A DNA stretch of 64,000 nucleotides. Origin: an uncultured cyanobacterium. GTDB taxonomy: Bacteria; Cyanobacteriota; Cyanobacteriia; Pseudanabaenales; Pseudanabaenaceae. The stretch is from positions 1,600,001 to 1,664,000 of the forward strand of contig OY969811.1 of the NCBI GenBank assembly GCA_963703315.1, in the 5' to 3' direction. Below are positions 39,855 to 49,997 of the stretch, piece after piece (positions within the stretch are counted from its first letter, which is position 1; each line of letters opens with the position of its first letter). Below the pieces are notes generated by a model. The model made no database searches and was not told the origin of the DNA. It was given only the letters and a program-made list of their open reading frames with translations. A program made the position numbers and the translations under genes.

Positions 39855-39878
39855 GTTTTTATTCCTTAGTTAGAAGTT

Positions 39879-40025
39879 TTACTTTGTTTTAATTACTGTG
39901 TATTCTTGTTCTGTTAGTTCAAATTCTGGGTCGATCGCTTTTACTTCGTCAATAGGTGAGTTGATAGAGTTTGTAAACTAAATTATCGATCACCTTTTCT
40001 AGTTCGCTCGTATCAGCATTAGGAT
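39879..40025 (-). repeat. RM-gene 3'-end repeat, copy C
   Basis: Encodes NPNADTSELEKVIDNLVYKLYQLT / DEVKAIDPEFELTEQEYTVIKTK* with a 1-nt frame slip. Confidence 0.88.
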
Positions 40026-40031
40026 TAATGT

Positions 40032-40397
40032 TTACCTCTTTCTGATTCTAAATTTATTCTGATCGACAATTACAGTTGCACCAATTATCTCTGGCAAATT
40101 AACTTGACTAATAAATTGCTCTAATACTTGCCGAATTTCTATAGCGATCGCTTCAAAGGGAAATCTTAAAATAATTAAACCTCAATGTGTATTTGGTGGA
40201 TAGTTTTTAATGTTTGACCATCCGAGATCGCGGCTAATGATTATTCTTTGTTCTGTTTGGGCGAATATAAATATTTCAGGATCTTTTGTGCCGCTAAGTC
40301 CAGATGTTTTGATGTGAATGGCATCATGCCCTTTGTCGTTGAGTAAAGTTTCTAAAATAAGTGGACAATCTTCATCGATTAGAAAACGTAATTTCAA
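40032..40397 (-). pseudogene. DUF5615 PIN-like toxin with an in-frame nonsense codon
   Basis: RFLIDEDCP...ISRDLGW...PPNTH-TGA-GLIILRFP...VIVDQNKFRIRKR*; the frame continues past TGA at 40182-40184. Confidence 0.85.
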
Positions 40398-40636
40398 CTT
40401 ACTTTCTCCATTGAATAGACTGTTTCATAGTTTAAAAGCTCGGAAAAGTAAGCAAGTGAGGCAAGAATCTGTTCGTGGGTAACTGCATATTCTTGAATTA
40501 CTTCGTCATAGGTCATGCCACCAGCGAGGGAGCCGATAATTATGGCGATCGGAAGACGAGTTCCTTTTAGTACGGGTTTACCATGTTGGATTTCGTTGTC
40601 AATGGTAATTACATCAGTTAGTATACTTTTTTTCAT
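40394..40636 (-). CDS. DUF433 antitoxin
   Basis: ITIDNEIQHGKPVLKGTRLPI...GMTYDEVIQEY. Confidence 0.9.
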   Translation of the reverse strand: MKKSILTDVITIDNEIQHGKPVLKGTRLPIAIIIGSLAGGMTYDEVIQEYAVTHEQILASLAYFSELLNYETVYSMEKVS

Positions 40637-40699
40637 AATCTATATTCCTTATAAAAGCTAAACATTTTTACAAAAATCTACACCTTATCTTTTCCCTTG

Positions 40700-40816
40700 T
40701 CACCTCTCTCCTTCTACTATTTTAATCTCTTCTTCTGTCAATCCGTAAAGTTGATAGACTAAACGATCGCACTCCTTTTCTAATTCGCTCGTATCAGCAT
40801 GGCGATCGCCTTTTTT
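40700..40816 (-). repeat. RM-gene 3'-end repeat, copy D (alternative terminus)
   Basis: Encodes KKGDRHADTSELEKECDRLVYQLYGLTEEEIKIVEGER*. Confidence 0.88.
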
Positions 40817-40825
40817 AGTAGTTTG

Positions 40826-41098
40826 TCATGGTTTAAGCAAATTGACTGGATAAGCTCGAACTGCTTCGTCTACTGTCGCGATCGCCATATTATTTTGTAT
40901 AGCTTGACAAATAAGCATTCTGTCAAAGGGATCACGATGTAAAGATGGGAGTTTGGCTAGTTGAGTTACACTGGCTTGATCGAGGTCAAGATTAAGAATT
41001 TGATGGCGATCGCAGTGTTTAGGGAAATATATTTCAGGTGATTCTGGTAATGGTAATTTGCCTAGCTGATATTTAACAATGGCTTCCCAAGTTGACAC
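40826..41098 (-). pseudogene. PIN/VapC toxin lacking its N-terminus
   Basis: STWEAIVK...HRDPFDRMLICQA..IATVD present, but the N-terminal LLDT segment is absent; fused out of frame to the upstream antitoxin. Confidence 0.8.
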
Positions 41099-41343
41099 AA
41101 CATTTCTTCTGGTAGCGGTGCATCAAAGTCTTCAGGGACGACAAATTCTCCAACACATAAACCAAATGGGCGTTGTTTTTTATTCTTTGTTGTAACTGCT
41201 TTGGATGAGTTTTGATCTTTTAAGGTTTCTGTTGTCTGGATGTCTTCGAGTGTATCTAGGTCTTCTGCAAGAATCCGAATTAGTTTAACTTTTTCCGTTA
41301 CAGTGAGTTTTCGGGCGGCGGGTAGTAGTTCGGCGAGTGTCAT
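41062..41343 (-). CDS. Antitoxin-like protein with DUF2281-type C-terminus (probably chimeric)
   Basis: MTLAELLPAARKLTVTEKVKLIRILAEDL + RPFGLCVGEFVVPEDFDAPLPEE. Confidence 0.7.
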   Translation of the reverse strand: MTLAELLPAARKLTVTEKVKLIRILAEDLDTLEDIQTTETLKDQNSSKAVTTKNKKQRPFGLCVGEFVVPEDFDAPLPEEMLCQLGKPLLNIS

Positions 41344-41354
41344 TGTTTTACCTC

Positions 41355-41905
41355 TTACTCTGTTTTAATTGCTATATATTCTTGTTCTGTTAGTTCAAAT
41401 TCTGGGTCGATGACAGAGGCAATCGCAGGTTCCGCAATTTGTTTATAAAAGAAATCTGTCTTCTTGCCACTCAGCCGCCCATCTTCAAAATCCTTAAACT
41501 TCTTAACTAAAGCCTTATCGCTAAAAAACAACTCCTCAAATATCTTCGCATCAAAAATAAACCACTCATAAATATTGGTCACCACCAAATGCTTAACCCC
41601 AATATTTCCATGCTTCTCCTTTTCACGCAAAAAATATAAAACCAACTGCTGCAACGCCTTAGCATTGAGATTGTCAACTTTCGGCATTTCCGCGCTATTA
41701 GTTTTAGATAGCGATCGCCGTAATAGGTCTTTTTGAGAAACTCAATCAGCAAATTTTTATTAAATTCTTCATCCTTTTTGCTGTCACAAAGCTCAAGCAT
41801 CCGCCCCAAATTAGCCTTAAACCCCTGAATATTCTCAGCATCAGGTTTGATTTTTAAGTCAGTCCTGTTTAACGCTTGCTTAGGTTCGAGCTTATTGACG
41901 ATCAT
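41355..41905 (-). pseudogene. Gutted type IIG (Eco57I-like) restriction-modification gene: N-terminal fragments fused to the extreme C-terminus (repeat copy E, 41355-41414)
   Basis: KQALNR..LKIKP...EEFNKNL..EFLKKTYY, frameshift next to HIP1 at 41711, EMP...NLNAKALQQLVLYFLRE...KHLVVTNIYEWFIFDA...TDFFYKQIA, then directly VIDPEFELTEQEYIAIKTE*. No methyltransferase motifs remain. Confidence 0.75.
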
Positions 41906-42130
41906 CAAACTTTATATTTAGCGAAATTATTGGCTAGTCCCATTATGCCTAATTTTGCAACCAGCGATCGCCCCCAATTGGTTGGTAAATCTACTCGCGC
42001 CCATTTACAATGCGATCGCCACACTCATAAACCTATCAACAAGCAAGCGGCGATCGCTTATTGGCATTGTTTCGACATTCTGAAGAAATTTTTTGCGTTA
42101 ATTCAACTGAATAACAAAGAAACTAGATTC

Positions 42131-42172
42131 GTGCAAAGTTATACAGAATAAAACTTTGGTGCGTTGTAACGT
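42131..42172 (+). promoter_or_regulatory. Possible NtcA-activated promoter
   Basis: GTG-N8-TAC (42131-42144), 22 nt, then TAACGT (TAN3T); one mismatch to GTA-N8-TAC. Confidence 0.4.
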
Positions 42173-42206
42173 CAATTTTATAGAACTAGACACAAGAGTG
42201 ATATTT

Positions 42207-43244
42207 ATGGTAGCAACCAAAGAAGTCTCTTTGCCGCGCAATTGTACGTTCAGCGCAACTGACTGGCAAGCGCTTGCACCCTTCTGGTATCCCGTTGCAT
42301 TCTCCCATGAAATCACAGCCGAGAAGCCCTATGGCACGCATCTCTTAGACGAGAGATTGGTGATTTACCGAGTTTCCGATGGTACGATTATCGTTGCCAA
42401 AGATCTATGCTTGCATCGTGGCGCACCCCTGAGTTTAGGTTGGATTGAAAACGATCGCCTCGTTTGTCCTTACCACGGAGTGCAGTACGACTGCGATGCT
42501 AAATGTGTTCACATTCCCGCTCAGCCCGAAGCCACAATTCCATCAAGACTGAAGCTCAAAACCTATCCAGTGATGGAACGCTATGGATTAGTCTGGACAA
42601 GATTGATAGACAATGGTGCAGTTCCATTTCCTGAATTGGCTGAATGGGAAGACCCAGATTATATTCAGGTGTTACCCAATTCTGTAGATTTGAATGCGGC
42701 AGCAGGTCGGCAAGTGGAAGGATTCTTAGATGTCAGTCACTTTGCTTTTATTCATGCTAAATCTTTTGGAGAGCAGGATAATCCTGAAGTTCCAGATTAT
42801 ACCATTGAGCAAACTACCTCTGGATTCAGAGCCGACTATATCAGTACTGTTAGTAACTATGCTCATGGTATGAAGCATTTAGCTCCACCCGATTTTTTGT
42901 GGAGAAGGCTATTTGAGTTGTTTGTTCCATTTACTGCCAAGTTGACTGTTTTCTTCCCTCATGGCAAACTGCACGTTCTCAACGCCGCTTCGCCGATGTC
43001 GGCACGGAAAACGCGATTGTTTGTACCGATTTGTCGAAACTTTGATAAAGATGCGCCTCTACAAGACACGCTCGATTTTAATGATCAGGTATTTTATGAA
43101 GACAAGGCGATCGTTGAGGAGCAATGGCCAGAGGATTTACCTATATGTCTCGCTGACGAGGTACATATTGCTGGAGATAAAAGCTCGATCACTTTCCGTA
43201 AAAAGCTGGCAGCGATCGGCTTAGGCAAATCTTTCACTTCGTGA
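42207..43244 (+). CDS. Rieske non-heme iron oxygenase (VanA/methylxanthine demethylase-like)
   Basis: CLHRG...CPYHG Rieske ligands; EGFLDVSHFAFIH iron motif; EDK. Confidence 0.9.
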   Translation: MVATKEVSLPRNCTFSATDWQALAPFWYPVAFSHEITAEKPYGTHLLDERLVIYRVSDGTIIVAKDLCLHRGAPLSLGWIENDRLVCPYHGVQYDCDAKCVHIPAQPEATIPSRLKLKTYPVMERYGLVWTRLIDNGAVPFPELAEWEDPDYIQVLPNSVDLNAAAGRQVEGFLDVSHFAFIHAKSFGEQDNPEVPDYTIEQTTSGFRADYISTVSNYAHGMKHLAPPDFLWRRLFELFVPFTAKLTVFFPHGKLHVLNAASPMSARKTRLFVPICRNFDKDAPLQDTLDFNDQVFYEDKAIVEEQWPEDLPICLADEVHIAGDKSSITFRKKLAAIGLGKSFTS

Positions 43245-43247
43245 TTA

Positions 43248-43350
43248 ATACCAATTCACGAAAGTGTAACAACACTTTCGTGAATTAAAAATCAAACCCA
43301 GTAAGGGTTTTTAAATCTAAAAATAGCGTAGCCATTTTTAGATTTGGTAT
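43248..43350 (+). repeat. 103-bp MITE-like element, copy 3
   Basis: ATACCAATTCACGAAAGTGT...TTTGGTAT; an isolated left-end remnant also lies at about 44087-44099. Confidence 0.82.
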
Positions 43351-43357
43351 ATACGCA

Positions 43358-43975
43358 TTATTTACCTGAATAAGGTAATGAGGAGTGGTGAACAATAATG
43401 CGTAGCTTACCAGTATCGTCCTTAAAGAACTGCCAAGTCTTGTCTACGGTGATCACATTGCCATCTTTATCGGTAAGGGTCACTTTACCCATAGAAGTAG
43501 CCGTATCGCCAGAAATAAAGATTCCAATATTCTTACTCTCTACTTTTCGCCAACCATTCAAAGCAAAACCCTTATCTTTTGGAAATGCAGGATCATCCCC
43601 GACAAAATAAGCCAAAGCGCTTGCACTGGTAGTTCGGAATGTCTGGGGAGCTGTAGTGAGTGTTGGCTTGAAAAGAACAAGTCCAAATTGGTAACCATAG
43701 GCTTCGTCAATTACCTTTCTAGCTAATGCTTTAGCAGCATTTTTCCCCTCTTTATCATATGTCGTGGAAATAGCTACCAATGCGTCTCCCCAAGCTTTTT
43801 GGGCTGCTAAAACCTCGCTTTCAGTAATTGCTCTGTTGACAATAGTTGTCTTCAGACTTGAAGGAGCAGTTGTGCTACTAGATTGGGCAACAGATGTCTG
43901 GGCTACTAATAGAGTCCCAGAGGCAAATGTAACTGAAGCAAACAATGCTGAAATGCTAGTCTTCCAAAACTTCAT
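43358..43975 (-). CDS. Exported COG4337-type (NTF2-like) protein, probable iota-class carbonic anhydrase
   Basis: Signal peptide; VLFKPT, ALAYF, GFAL.GW, VDKTW, C-terminal HHSSLPY. Confidence 0.72.
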   Translation of the reverse strand: MKFWKTSISALFASVTFASGTLLVAQTSVAQSSSTTAPSSLKTTIVNRAITESEVLAAQKAWGDALVAISTTYDKEGKNAAKALARKVIDEAYGYQFGLVLFKPTLTTAPQTFRTTSASALAYFVGDDPAFPKDKGFALNGWRKVESKNIGIFISGDTATSMGKVTLTDKDGNVITVDKTWQFFKDDTGKLRIIVHHSSLPYSGK

Positions 43976-44111
43976 GATTGTTATAAGTTGCAAATATTAT
44001 CTAAATAATATTCTCATAAGTTTTGTACTTATAAACAGTAAAAGATTATTGATTCACAATTCATTTTGCCTTAGCAATATTGCCCGTAATACCAATTCAT
44101 AAGAATATTAC

Positions 44112-45140
44112 TTATACCCGTAAATTTTGAGGATTAATTCCCGATTTGATAGCGACTAAAACCCCGATCGCTTCCCAATAATTTTCAACTTGAATCCCCT
44201 TTAAACCCAACATTTCAGGTGTGACATTCAGGGCAGTTTGATTTTCCTTAACAAAAATAGTTTGCACATGAGGCAGTGGATTAAGCGCTAGCAAACCTGC
44301 ACCACCACAAGCACTATAAGGTGTAACGATCGCATTGATATCATCAGCAGTAATATCTTCGGGCTTAAGTAAATTGCGATGGGCAATAATTTTTGGAGCG
44401 CGACTTAACCCAACTAATACACAGGGCAAGAATGTATAGCCTAATTCTTCCGCCGCCGCACGGGGCGACACGCTCGGATCGAGGGGCAACGGTTGCAAAG
44501 CAGGAGCATGGGCGCAAGGTATGGCAAATTCGCGGACGATCGCATGACTAATTACGGCTTCGGCTCCTGCGAGAGCATCAACGCCTTTACCTTGACGATA
44601 GTTTTGCAAAGCTTCACTATCAGGATCATCAGGAAATCTAGCGACAACCGCGATCGCTTCTACTTGAGAAACTTTAATTAACTTCTCGGCGGCTCTCAGT
44701 AAACTATCGAGATTAGCGATCGTTCCCCATGTTGCCCCTGATTCACCAGATCGCAGTTCTACGCCCAGATCGTGATCGGTAACTAAAACATCAGTAATGT
44801 TTAATCCCAATGTCGCTTGTGCTGCGGCGATCGCTTGACGGTGACGCAGTTCTAAATCTGGTTCCATGCCGCGATCGAGAATTACGCCAATGCGATTAGA
44901 GCGCACAGGACGCAATCCCCAATCACCGTTTGCCATGCGATCAATTGCATAACCCTCTGTATATAAAACATTCGGCATCGACCAGTATAAACTCGCGCCA
45001 TTTAAAACATTGGGATGGGTAATTACATGATCAGCCATTGAGGCGATCGCTCTCGCCACTGGCAAGGCATCCCCCGCATAGCCACCAATAGATGCATTAA
45101 TGCCCGTCGGCACAAGTAGCAATACATTGAAATTTGGCAT
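44112..45140 (-). CDS. DUF3326 family protein
   Basis: VPTGINASIGGYAGDA, ITHPNVLNGA, GVDALAGAEAVISH, AAEELGYTFLPCVL. Confidence 0.85.
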   Translation of the reverse strand: MPNFNVLLLVPTGINASIGGYAGDALPVARAIASMADHVITHPNVLNGASLYWSMPNVLYTEGYAIDRMANGDWGLRPVRSNRIGVILDRGMEPDLELRHRQAIAAAQATLGLNITDVLVTDHDLGVELRSGESGATWGTIANLDSLLRAAEKLIKVSQVEAIAVVARFPDDPDSEALQNYRQGKGVDALAGAEAVISHAIVREFAIPCAHAPALQPLPLDPSVSPRAAAEELGYTFLPCVLVGLSRAPKIIAHRNLLKPEDITADDINAIVTPYSACGGAGLLALNPLPHVQTIFVKENQTALNVTPEMLGLKGIQVENYWEAIGVLVAIKSGINPQNLRV

Positions 45141-45281
45141 AAAGGTTTTGCGATTTAATAAAGAGCCAGATTTTCTGGGGTACGGCTTCGCTATGCCACA
45201 AAAATCTGGCTCTTTATTTTACTGCGCGTCCCTAAGTTTCTAAATTTATTTCTTTAGAGGGACGCATTTTTGTTAGACTAG

Positions 45282-46379
<1,098 letters not shown>

Positions 46380-46401
46380 ATTTTCTTGGGCTTTTTCATC
46401 C

Positions 46402-46527
46402 TAAAAACCAAGAAGAGAGTTGCGGCGCTTCGCGCCGCAACTCTCTTCTTGGTTTTTGTGTACTAAGCAAGGGGCTTAAGCCCCTTGCCTTAAAAAAAGA
46501 GAGCGTGCTTTGCACGCTCTCTTTTTT
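46402..46527. repeat. Cluster of three palindromes between convergent ilvC and mrdA (REP-like, bidirectional terminator)
   Basis: Apices GCTTCGC, GCTTAAGC and GCTTTGC with long stems and A/T tails. Confidence 0.7.
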
Positions 46528-48356
46528 TAGTTTTGAACTGGTGCAGGAATTGGGGGGTTATTCGGGGAGTTGGGTTGTTTCTTGATTTGCATATAAGCTT
46601 CTACAGTTTGGACGGCTAATGGTGCAGCGATCGCGCTACCACCACCACCACCTGCATTTTCAGCAAACACCGTAACGACAATTTCAGGCTTTTCGTAGGG
46701 CGCATAAACCGTGAACCAAGCATGGTTTGGACGTGGCGGATCTTGGGCAGTTCCAGACTTACCTGCCATGACAGTTTCTGCGGAATTTAACGATGCTGCT
46801 GTTCCAAAATCAAATACAGATCTTAAAGCCTTCTGTACAGCCTCTAAGTTGGCTGGAGATATATTCAGAGACTGCCGCCATTCCCTTGCATCGTTATCTT
46901 CTAGAAGCAAATGCGGTTTAATTTTAAAGCCACCATTAGCTACAGCAGCAGTCATCATTGAGACTTGGACAAGATTGGCTTGCACATCACCCTGTCCAAT
47001 CGACATATTCAAGGTATTCCCAACATACCAAGGCTCGCCAACTACTTTCTGTTTCCATTCTGGATCAGGAACCGTACCTTTAGTTTCTTCCTCTTTAATT
47101 TCGATGCCCGAATACTCACCATAGCCATATTTGCGTGACCATGCAGCAAGATCCTTTTCGCCCACACGCATACCTACTTGCCCGAAGAAAGTATTACTGC
47201 TGTATGCCATCGCCTCAGAAAATCCAATCGTGCCAAATCCCGCTTTGTTGTGATCCCAAAATTGAAAACCTCCCACATCAAGATAGGGGTAGGTAGCAAG
47301 GACATCATTAATGCCAAATTTTTTGGTTTCTAAACCTGCGGTCATGGTGACAACCTTAAAGGTACTAGCGGGTGGATATACCTGTAAGACCCGATTAACA
47401 AAAGGATGGTCTTTTTCTTGCAAGCGTTTCCATGTTGCCTCAGAAATCTTGCCCGAAAAAAGGTTGGGATCAAAGGCAGGATGGCTAACCATAGCAAGGA
47501 TTTCGCCATTATTAGGATTCATCGCGATAATCCCGCCCTGCTGATCACTTAAAATCTTTTCAACAGCTTTTTCTAGATCTAGGTCAATCGTCATTTTGAC
47601 AGCATTGCCTGCTTTAGGGGGCTTTTGACCTAAAACTCGCAGCACCTTACCAAAAGCATCGACTTCTACCTGCTGTCCCCCCCATTCTCCACGAAGCTGA
47701 TTTTCAAAGGCATATTCTACCCCTGCCTTGCCAATCACATCTCCAGGGCGATAGCCTTTCTCGCGTAATTTGGGTAAATCTTCAGCAGTTAGCTCCCCTG
47801 TATAGCCCAGTACATGAGCAGCAACATCACCATTGGGATAATAGCGCACCGCTTCTGGCTCAACCTTGACTCCAGGTAGTTCCAGACTATGCTCGGAGAG
47901 AATTGTTACTAGTTTGGGACTAATCGCTGTTGATACTCGTACTAAGTTAGGGGAGTTATAGCCTTCCTGTTCTAGTTTATCGGTGATCGTTTGTGCGGAA
48001 ACACCAATTAATCCAGCTAAACGATTAATGATTGGCTCCCATTTTTCCTTTGGTTGGGCGATCGGCCATAGGTAAACCACATGGGCTAATCGGCTAGAGG
48101 CAAGAATATTACCTTTACGATCAAATAACCGACCTCTCTCAGGAGGCTTAGCAATTAGTCTGATTCGATTATTTTCGGCAAGTTGTTGATTGCGATCGCC
48201 TTCGATCAGTTGTAAATAAAATAATCTTCCGCCTAAAATCCCAATTAATACCAATACGCCCAACAAAAATAAAATCGCCGCACGCATCCCTTTACCCATC
48301 GTGCGCGTGTTTTCAGTCGGATTGAAAGGTGAAATTTGTCGTTGCGTAAAAGTCAT
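46527..48356 (-). CDS. mrdA: Penicillin-binding protein 2
   Basis: TM anchor, RGRLFDRKG, STFK (SxxK), SSN (SxN), KSGT. Confidence 0.92.
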   Translation of the reverse strand: MTFTQRQISPFNPTENTRTMGKGMRAAILFLLGVLVLIGILGGRLFYLQLIEGDRNQQLAENNRIRLIAKPPERGRLFDRKGNILASSRLAHVVYLWPIAQPKEKWEPIINRLAGLIGVSAQTITDKLEQEGYNSPNLVRVSTAISPKLVTILSEHSLELPGVKVEPEAVRYYPNGDVAAHVLGYTGELTAEDLPKLREKGYRPGDVIGKAGVEYAFENQLRGEWGGQQVEVDAFGKVLRVLGQKPPKAGNAVKMTIDLDLEKAVEKILSDQQGGIIAMNPNNGEILAMVSHPAFDPNLFSGKISEATWKRLQEKDHPFVNRVLQVYPPASTFKVVTMTAGLETKKFGINDVLATYPYLDVGGFQFWDHNKAGFGTIGFSEAMAYSSNTFFGQVGMRVGEKDLAAWSRKYGYGEYSGIEIKEEETKGTVPDPEWKQKVVGEPWYVGNTLNMSIGQGDVQANLVQVSMMTAAVANGGFKIKPHLLLEDNDAREWRQSLNISPANLEAVQKALRSVFDFGTAASLNSAETVMAGKSGTAQDPPRPNHAWFTVYAPYEKPEIVVTVFAENAGGGGGSAIAAPLAVQTVEAYMQIKKQPNSPNNPPIPAPVQN

Positions 48357-48539
48357 ACTGCTTAAGAAAGATTTTAGGAAAGATTTTTTCGCTAGAATAG
48401 TTATAGATAAATCTATTGTATGGCGATCGTGAATTTAATTAATTCCATTGCGTGTTTGGTAAATGGTTTTACTTGTAGTTTTACTTTTTATCACCCAGCA
48501 ATGCAGGCTATAGCAGTTAATCAGAGGAGTTAAAAGGAC

Positions 48540-48977
48540 GTGATTGTGACACCTGTTCGTCCTGTAGGACGTAAGTGGAGTAATCTTAGTTTTACTTCAA
48601 CTCTCTATCTTGCCCCAGTCCTAGACCTGTTGCTAGACGAAGTGCCGTCAGAGTGGCAACCAGAGATACGATTGGGTTTGCAAGAAGCGTTAGTTAATGC
48701 CGTAAAACATGGTAATTCCCTCGATCCATGTAAGCAAATCACTGTTAAATTCTCGATAGTTTCGCAAATGTACTGGTGGGTGATCACCGATCAAGGGAGT
48801 GATCTGCAATCTTCTGGTGGTTCAAAAGACGATCCTACACCTTGTCATGATCTAGAATGCGGCAGGGGATTTTATATATTACGCAAGATTTTTGACAATG
48901 TGCATTGGGATAGCACCACCCATCGTTTGACTTTGTGCAAACGTATTGAGCGATTTAGCAAACCAATGATTTTTTAG
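48540..48977 (+). CDS. pmgA: Anti-sigma-factor-like ATP-binding protein PmgA
   Basis: SFTSTLYL.PVLDLLL...RLGLQEALVNAVKHGN.LDP, DQG, ECGRGF. Confidence 0.78.
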   Translation: MIVTPVRPVGRKWSNLSFTSTLYLAPVLDLLLDEVPSEWQPEIRLGLQEALVNAVKHGNSLDPCKQITVKFSIVSQMYWWVITDQGSDLQSSGGSKDDPTPCHDLECGRGFYILRKIFDNVHWDSTTHRLTLCKRIERFSKPMIF

Positions 48978-49039
48978 GCTTAATTAATTGACAGAAACGA
49001 CCGCGACAGCAGGACTAGCTCACTTGGCAACATCACTAT

Positions 49040-49816
49040 TCATCGTTTCATGCTCTTCGGCATAATATCGATAGTTGTCACCGTATAGGGTTGACCATTC
49101 AAACACCTACGCATTTCTCCACTTGCTGCCAGACCACTATGCCAATTGATCTTCGCGACGGATTTACCAGCCATCTCCACTTTAAAAACCTGAACATTTT
49201 TCATGTTAGACAAAGCCGCATCTATAGTCGGAACCGCAAAAACAATCGCCCCAAATGGCATATTAGGAGGCGAGTAATTGAATGCTTGCGTTGTTACAGC
49301 AGGTTCATCGTCTTGAGTAAGGGTGACTTTTACCACTTCCATCTTGTCAGGCTTGGGAATATCTGCTGACATAAATGTGAGCAACGCCCCTTTATAGTCG
49401 CCACCAGGTCCTGACAAAGTGAGCATCACCCCATTTCTTGAGAAGAAAGCACTACAAAACTCGCCCGATTTTTGACCTTGAGGAGTTGGGAATAGTCGCC
49501 AATGCCCCGATAGATACAGAATATACTCAGGATTATTGAGCAGTTCTATTTGCTGTTGCACAATCGATGTGGCTGAGAGAAGGCTTGCCTCTAGTCTCAG
49601 GGCATCTCGGTCAACATAGCCTTCACCCAAAAGTTTACTAGGTCTAGCCCTAATCTCCTCAACTTTCTGGGCATCGCCCCTCCAACTTTGCCACGTATTG
49701 TAAGCTTGACCAAAAAGAACATCCATTGACTGAGCATTAACTGATTTAGCCCCAGATAGTGCGATCGCTACTGTCACACCACACAATAAAAAATGGCTCA
49801 AGTTAATTCTCTGCAT
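49040..49816 (-). CDS. Exported hypothetical protein
   Basis: Signal peptide ending VNA; Cys pair; SGPGGDYKGALLTF. Confidence 0.7.
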   Translation of the reverse strand: MQRINLSHFLLCGVTVAIALSGAKSVNAQSMDVLFGQAYNTWQSWRGDAQKVEEIRARPSKLLGEGYVDRDALRLEASLLSATSIVQQQIELLNNPEYILYLSGHWRLFPTPQGQKSGEFCSAFFSRNGVMLTLSGPGGDYKGALLTFMSADIPKPDKMEVVKVTLTQDDEPAVTTQAFNYSPPNMPFGAIVFAVPTIDAALSNMKNVQVFKVEMAGKSVAKINWHSGLAASGEMRRCLNGQPYTVTTIDIMPKSMKR

Positions 49817-49939
49817 TTAAAACCTCACAACCTCAAAATATCTGTTTAGTTTACGTTTTCAACCTACACCTCTGACTTTTATCATAAAAGTTATGTTCCT
49901 GAATAATTTTTGTGATAATTATCGAACTTACGTTGGATG

Positions 49940-49997
49940 AGGACATAAAACTAGAAGGCGAGTTGCAGCGCAACTCGCCTTCTAGTTTTATGTCCTA
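49940..49997. repeat. REP-like palindrome
   Basis: AGGACATAAAACTAGAAGGCGAGTTGC-AGC-GCAACTCGCCTTCTAGTTTTATGTCCT. Confidence 0.75.

Noticed and set aside
37322..41414. CRISPR array or classical integron
   Set aside because: The repeats are about 60-160 bp, variable and protein-coding-derived, and the intervening segments are whole genes. No cas genes, no integron integrase and no clear attC structure are visible.
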